A stretch of DNA of 64,000 nt from Macrostomum hystrix (taxonomy: Eukaryota > Animalia > Platyhelminthes), in the NCBI GenBank assembly GCA_950097015.1, contig CATNEN010000039.1, positions 7,378,001-7,442,000 of the forward strand, given 5' to 3'. A program made the translations under genes and the position numbers. A model generated the notes under the pieces. The model made no database searches. It had not been told where the DNA came from and was given only the letters and a program-made list of their open reading frames with translations. Of this stretch, positions 62,959 to 64,000 are shown piece by piece (the first letter of the stretch is position 1; each line of letters begins with the position of its first letter).

Positions 62959-64000
62959 TCTTTTAAAAAGTTTGATATAACTTTTTTAACTTATTAGAAA
63001 ATGAAATCGTATTTTTTAAAGTATTTTTTACTTTTTCCCTTTGATTACTACTACGCGAATGATATCCCTACTCTAGTGTTTGAGTAAAATGAAATGGTGC
63101 TTCATTTTCTACGGATAACTGACAAAACTGCCTTAGATATTACTTTTATCCCATCAATAATATTTTATCCCTTGATAATTTATGCACGTTGGATTTATTC
63201 AATAAAATTGAAGAATCTTTTGTATGGCTGAACCCTAGAGTACGACACACCATGCACAACGGAGCCTTTGCTACGAATACTTTCATTCATATTGCGGTAA
63301 TATAATTCGCTTGCTGACGCGTGGGCTCGCGGTTGCTACACATATTATGTACATGCACGTGTATAACTGTGGCCATTACATTTTGTGATTGCGTTTCGTG
63401 TCGGCCTCTATAGCCGCCTATCTCTGTCGTCGCAATCACAATTTTTTGGCCTCTCAACCACATACAGCGTGTTTAGTAGTCGTTCAGTAAGGCTGACTTG
63501 AACCTATTACAATGTCTGGCAATTAAAAAGCATCAACTGGCCATCGGCTCTCAGCGCAGCCCTTAGCCAAGCGCAGAACTCAAAAAACCAACGCAGCGCA
63601 GCAACTCCAGTCACAATAACGCCATAACTCGCCACCTCAGCAGGCTGAGTTATGGAGATATTGTGACTGGAGACCGGGGCTTGTCGCAGAGACCGTGGAG
63701 TCCCATCGTGGAGTCCCATCAACTCTACAATGAGCATCTCATCGCGCCCAGCAACCTTCGGTTTACCTGCATTGCTAAGCAATCCAATGAGCAGCAGCTC
63801 CAACCGGCTGAAACCGATCTGCATTCGGTTCAACACTGAAACCGGCATAGCAAAGTTGCCAGTCTACTAGATTTACAGGGCTGCCATGCACCTCGCCTGT
63901 CACCGAAGCTTCAAGACATTCTGCTACTGGCACAGAGAATTGTCTTTGAGAGTGCAGCTACCAGAGGATGCCGTGCCAGACTGTCACACGCCATCACGGC

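Noticed and set aside
63500-64000. GC-richer segment with a 113-aa minus-strand ORF at the window end
   Set aside because: Stops interrupt the frames I translated and no motif was recognised. Could be a TE or the edge of a neighbouring gene; undecidable here.

Overview
Eukaryotic (animal) genomic DNA. The multi-kb arrays of 17-28 bp minisatellites, short introns and Gln/Pro/Ala-rich coding style suggest a flatworm such as Macrostomum (inference only). Manual splice-site reconstruction gives three genes. (A) A giant + strand type I membrane mucin, 12665-36944, 13 exons, about 7,016 aa: signal peptide, three tandem [PTS repeat-EGF-SEA-EGF-(EGF)] cassettes, TM and cytoplasmic tail. (B) A tandem paralog on +, 38585-48344, 8 exons, about 1,299 aa: signal peptide-SEA-PTS-EGF-SEA-EGF-EGF-TM-tail. 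(C) A convergent - strand AUTS2/FBRSL1/Tay-family gene, 55122-62958, about 915 aa. All five SEA domains keep a G-S-[V/I] autoproteolysis-type motif and share the same two-exon split. The rest of the window holds about 11 minisatellite arrays, two tRNA-derived SINE families (two copies each), nested TIR elements/MITEs and a 1.1 kb insertion that marks one copy of the duplicated cassette. Most long ORFs in the supplied track are antisense or off-frame shadows of repeats.
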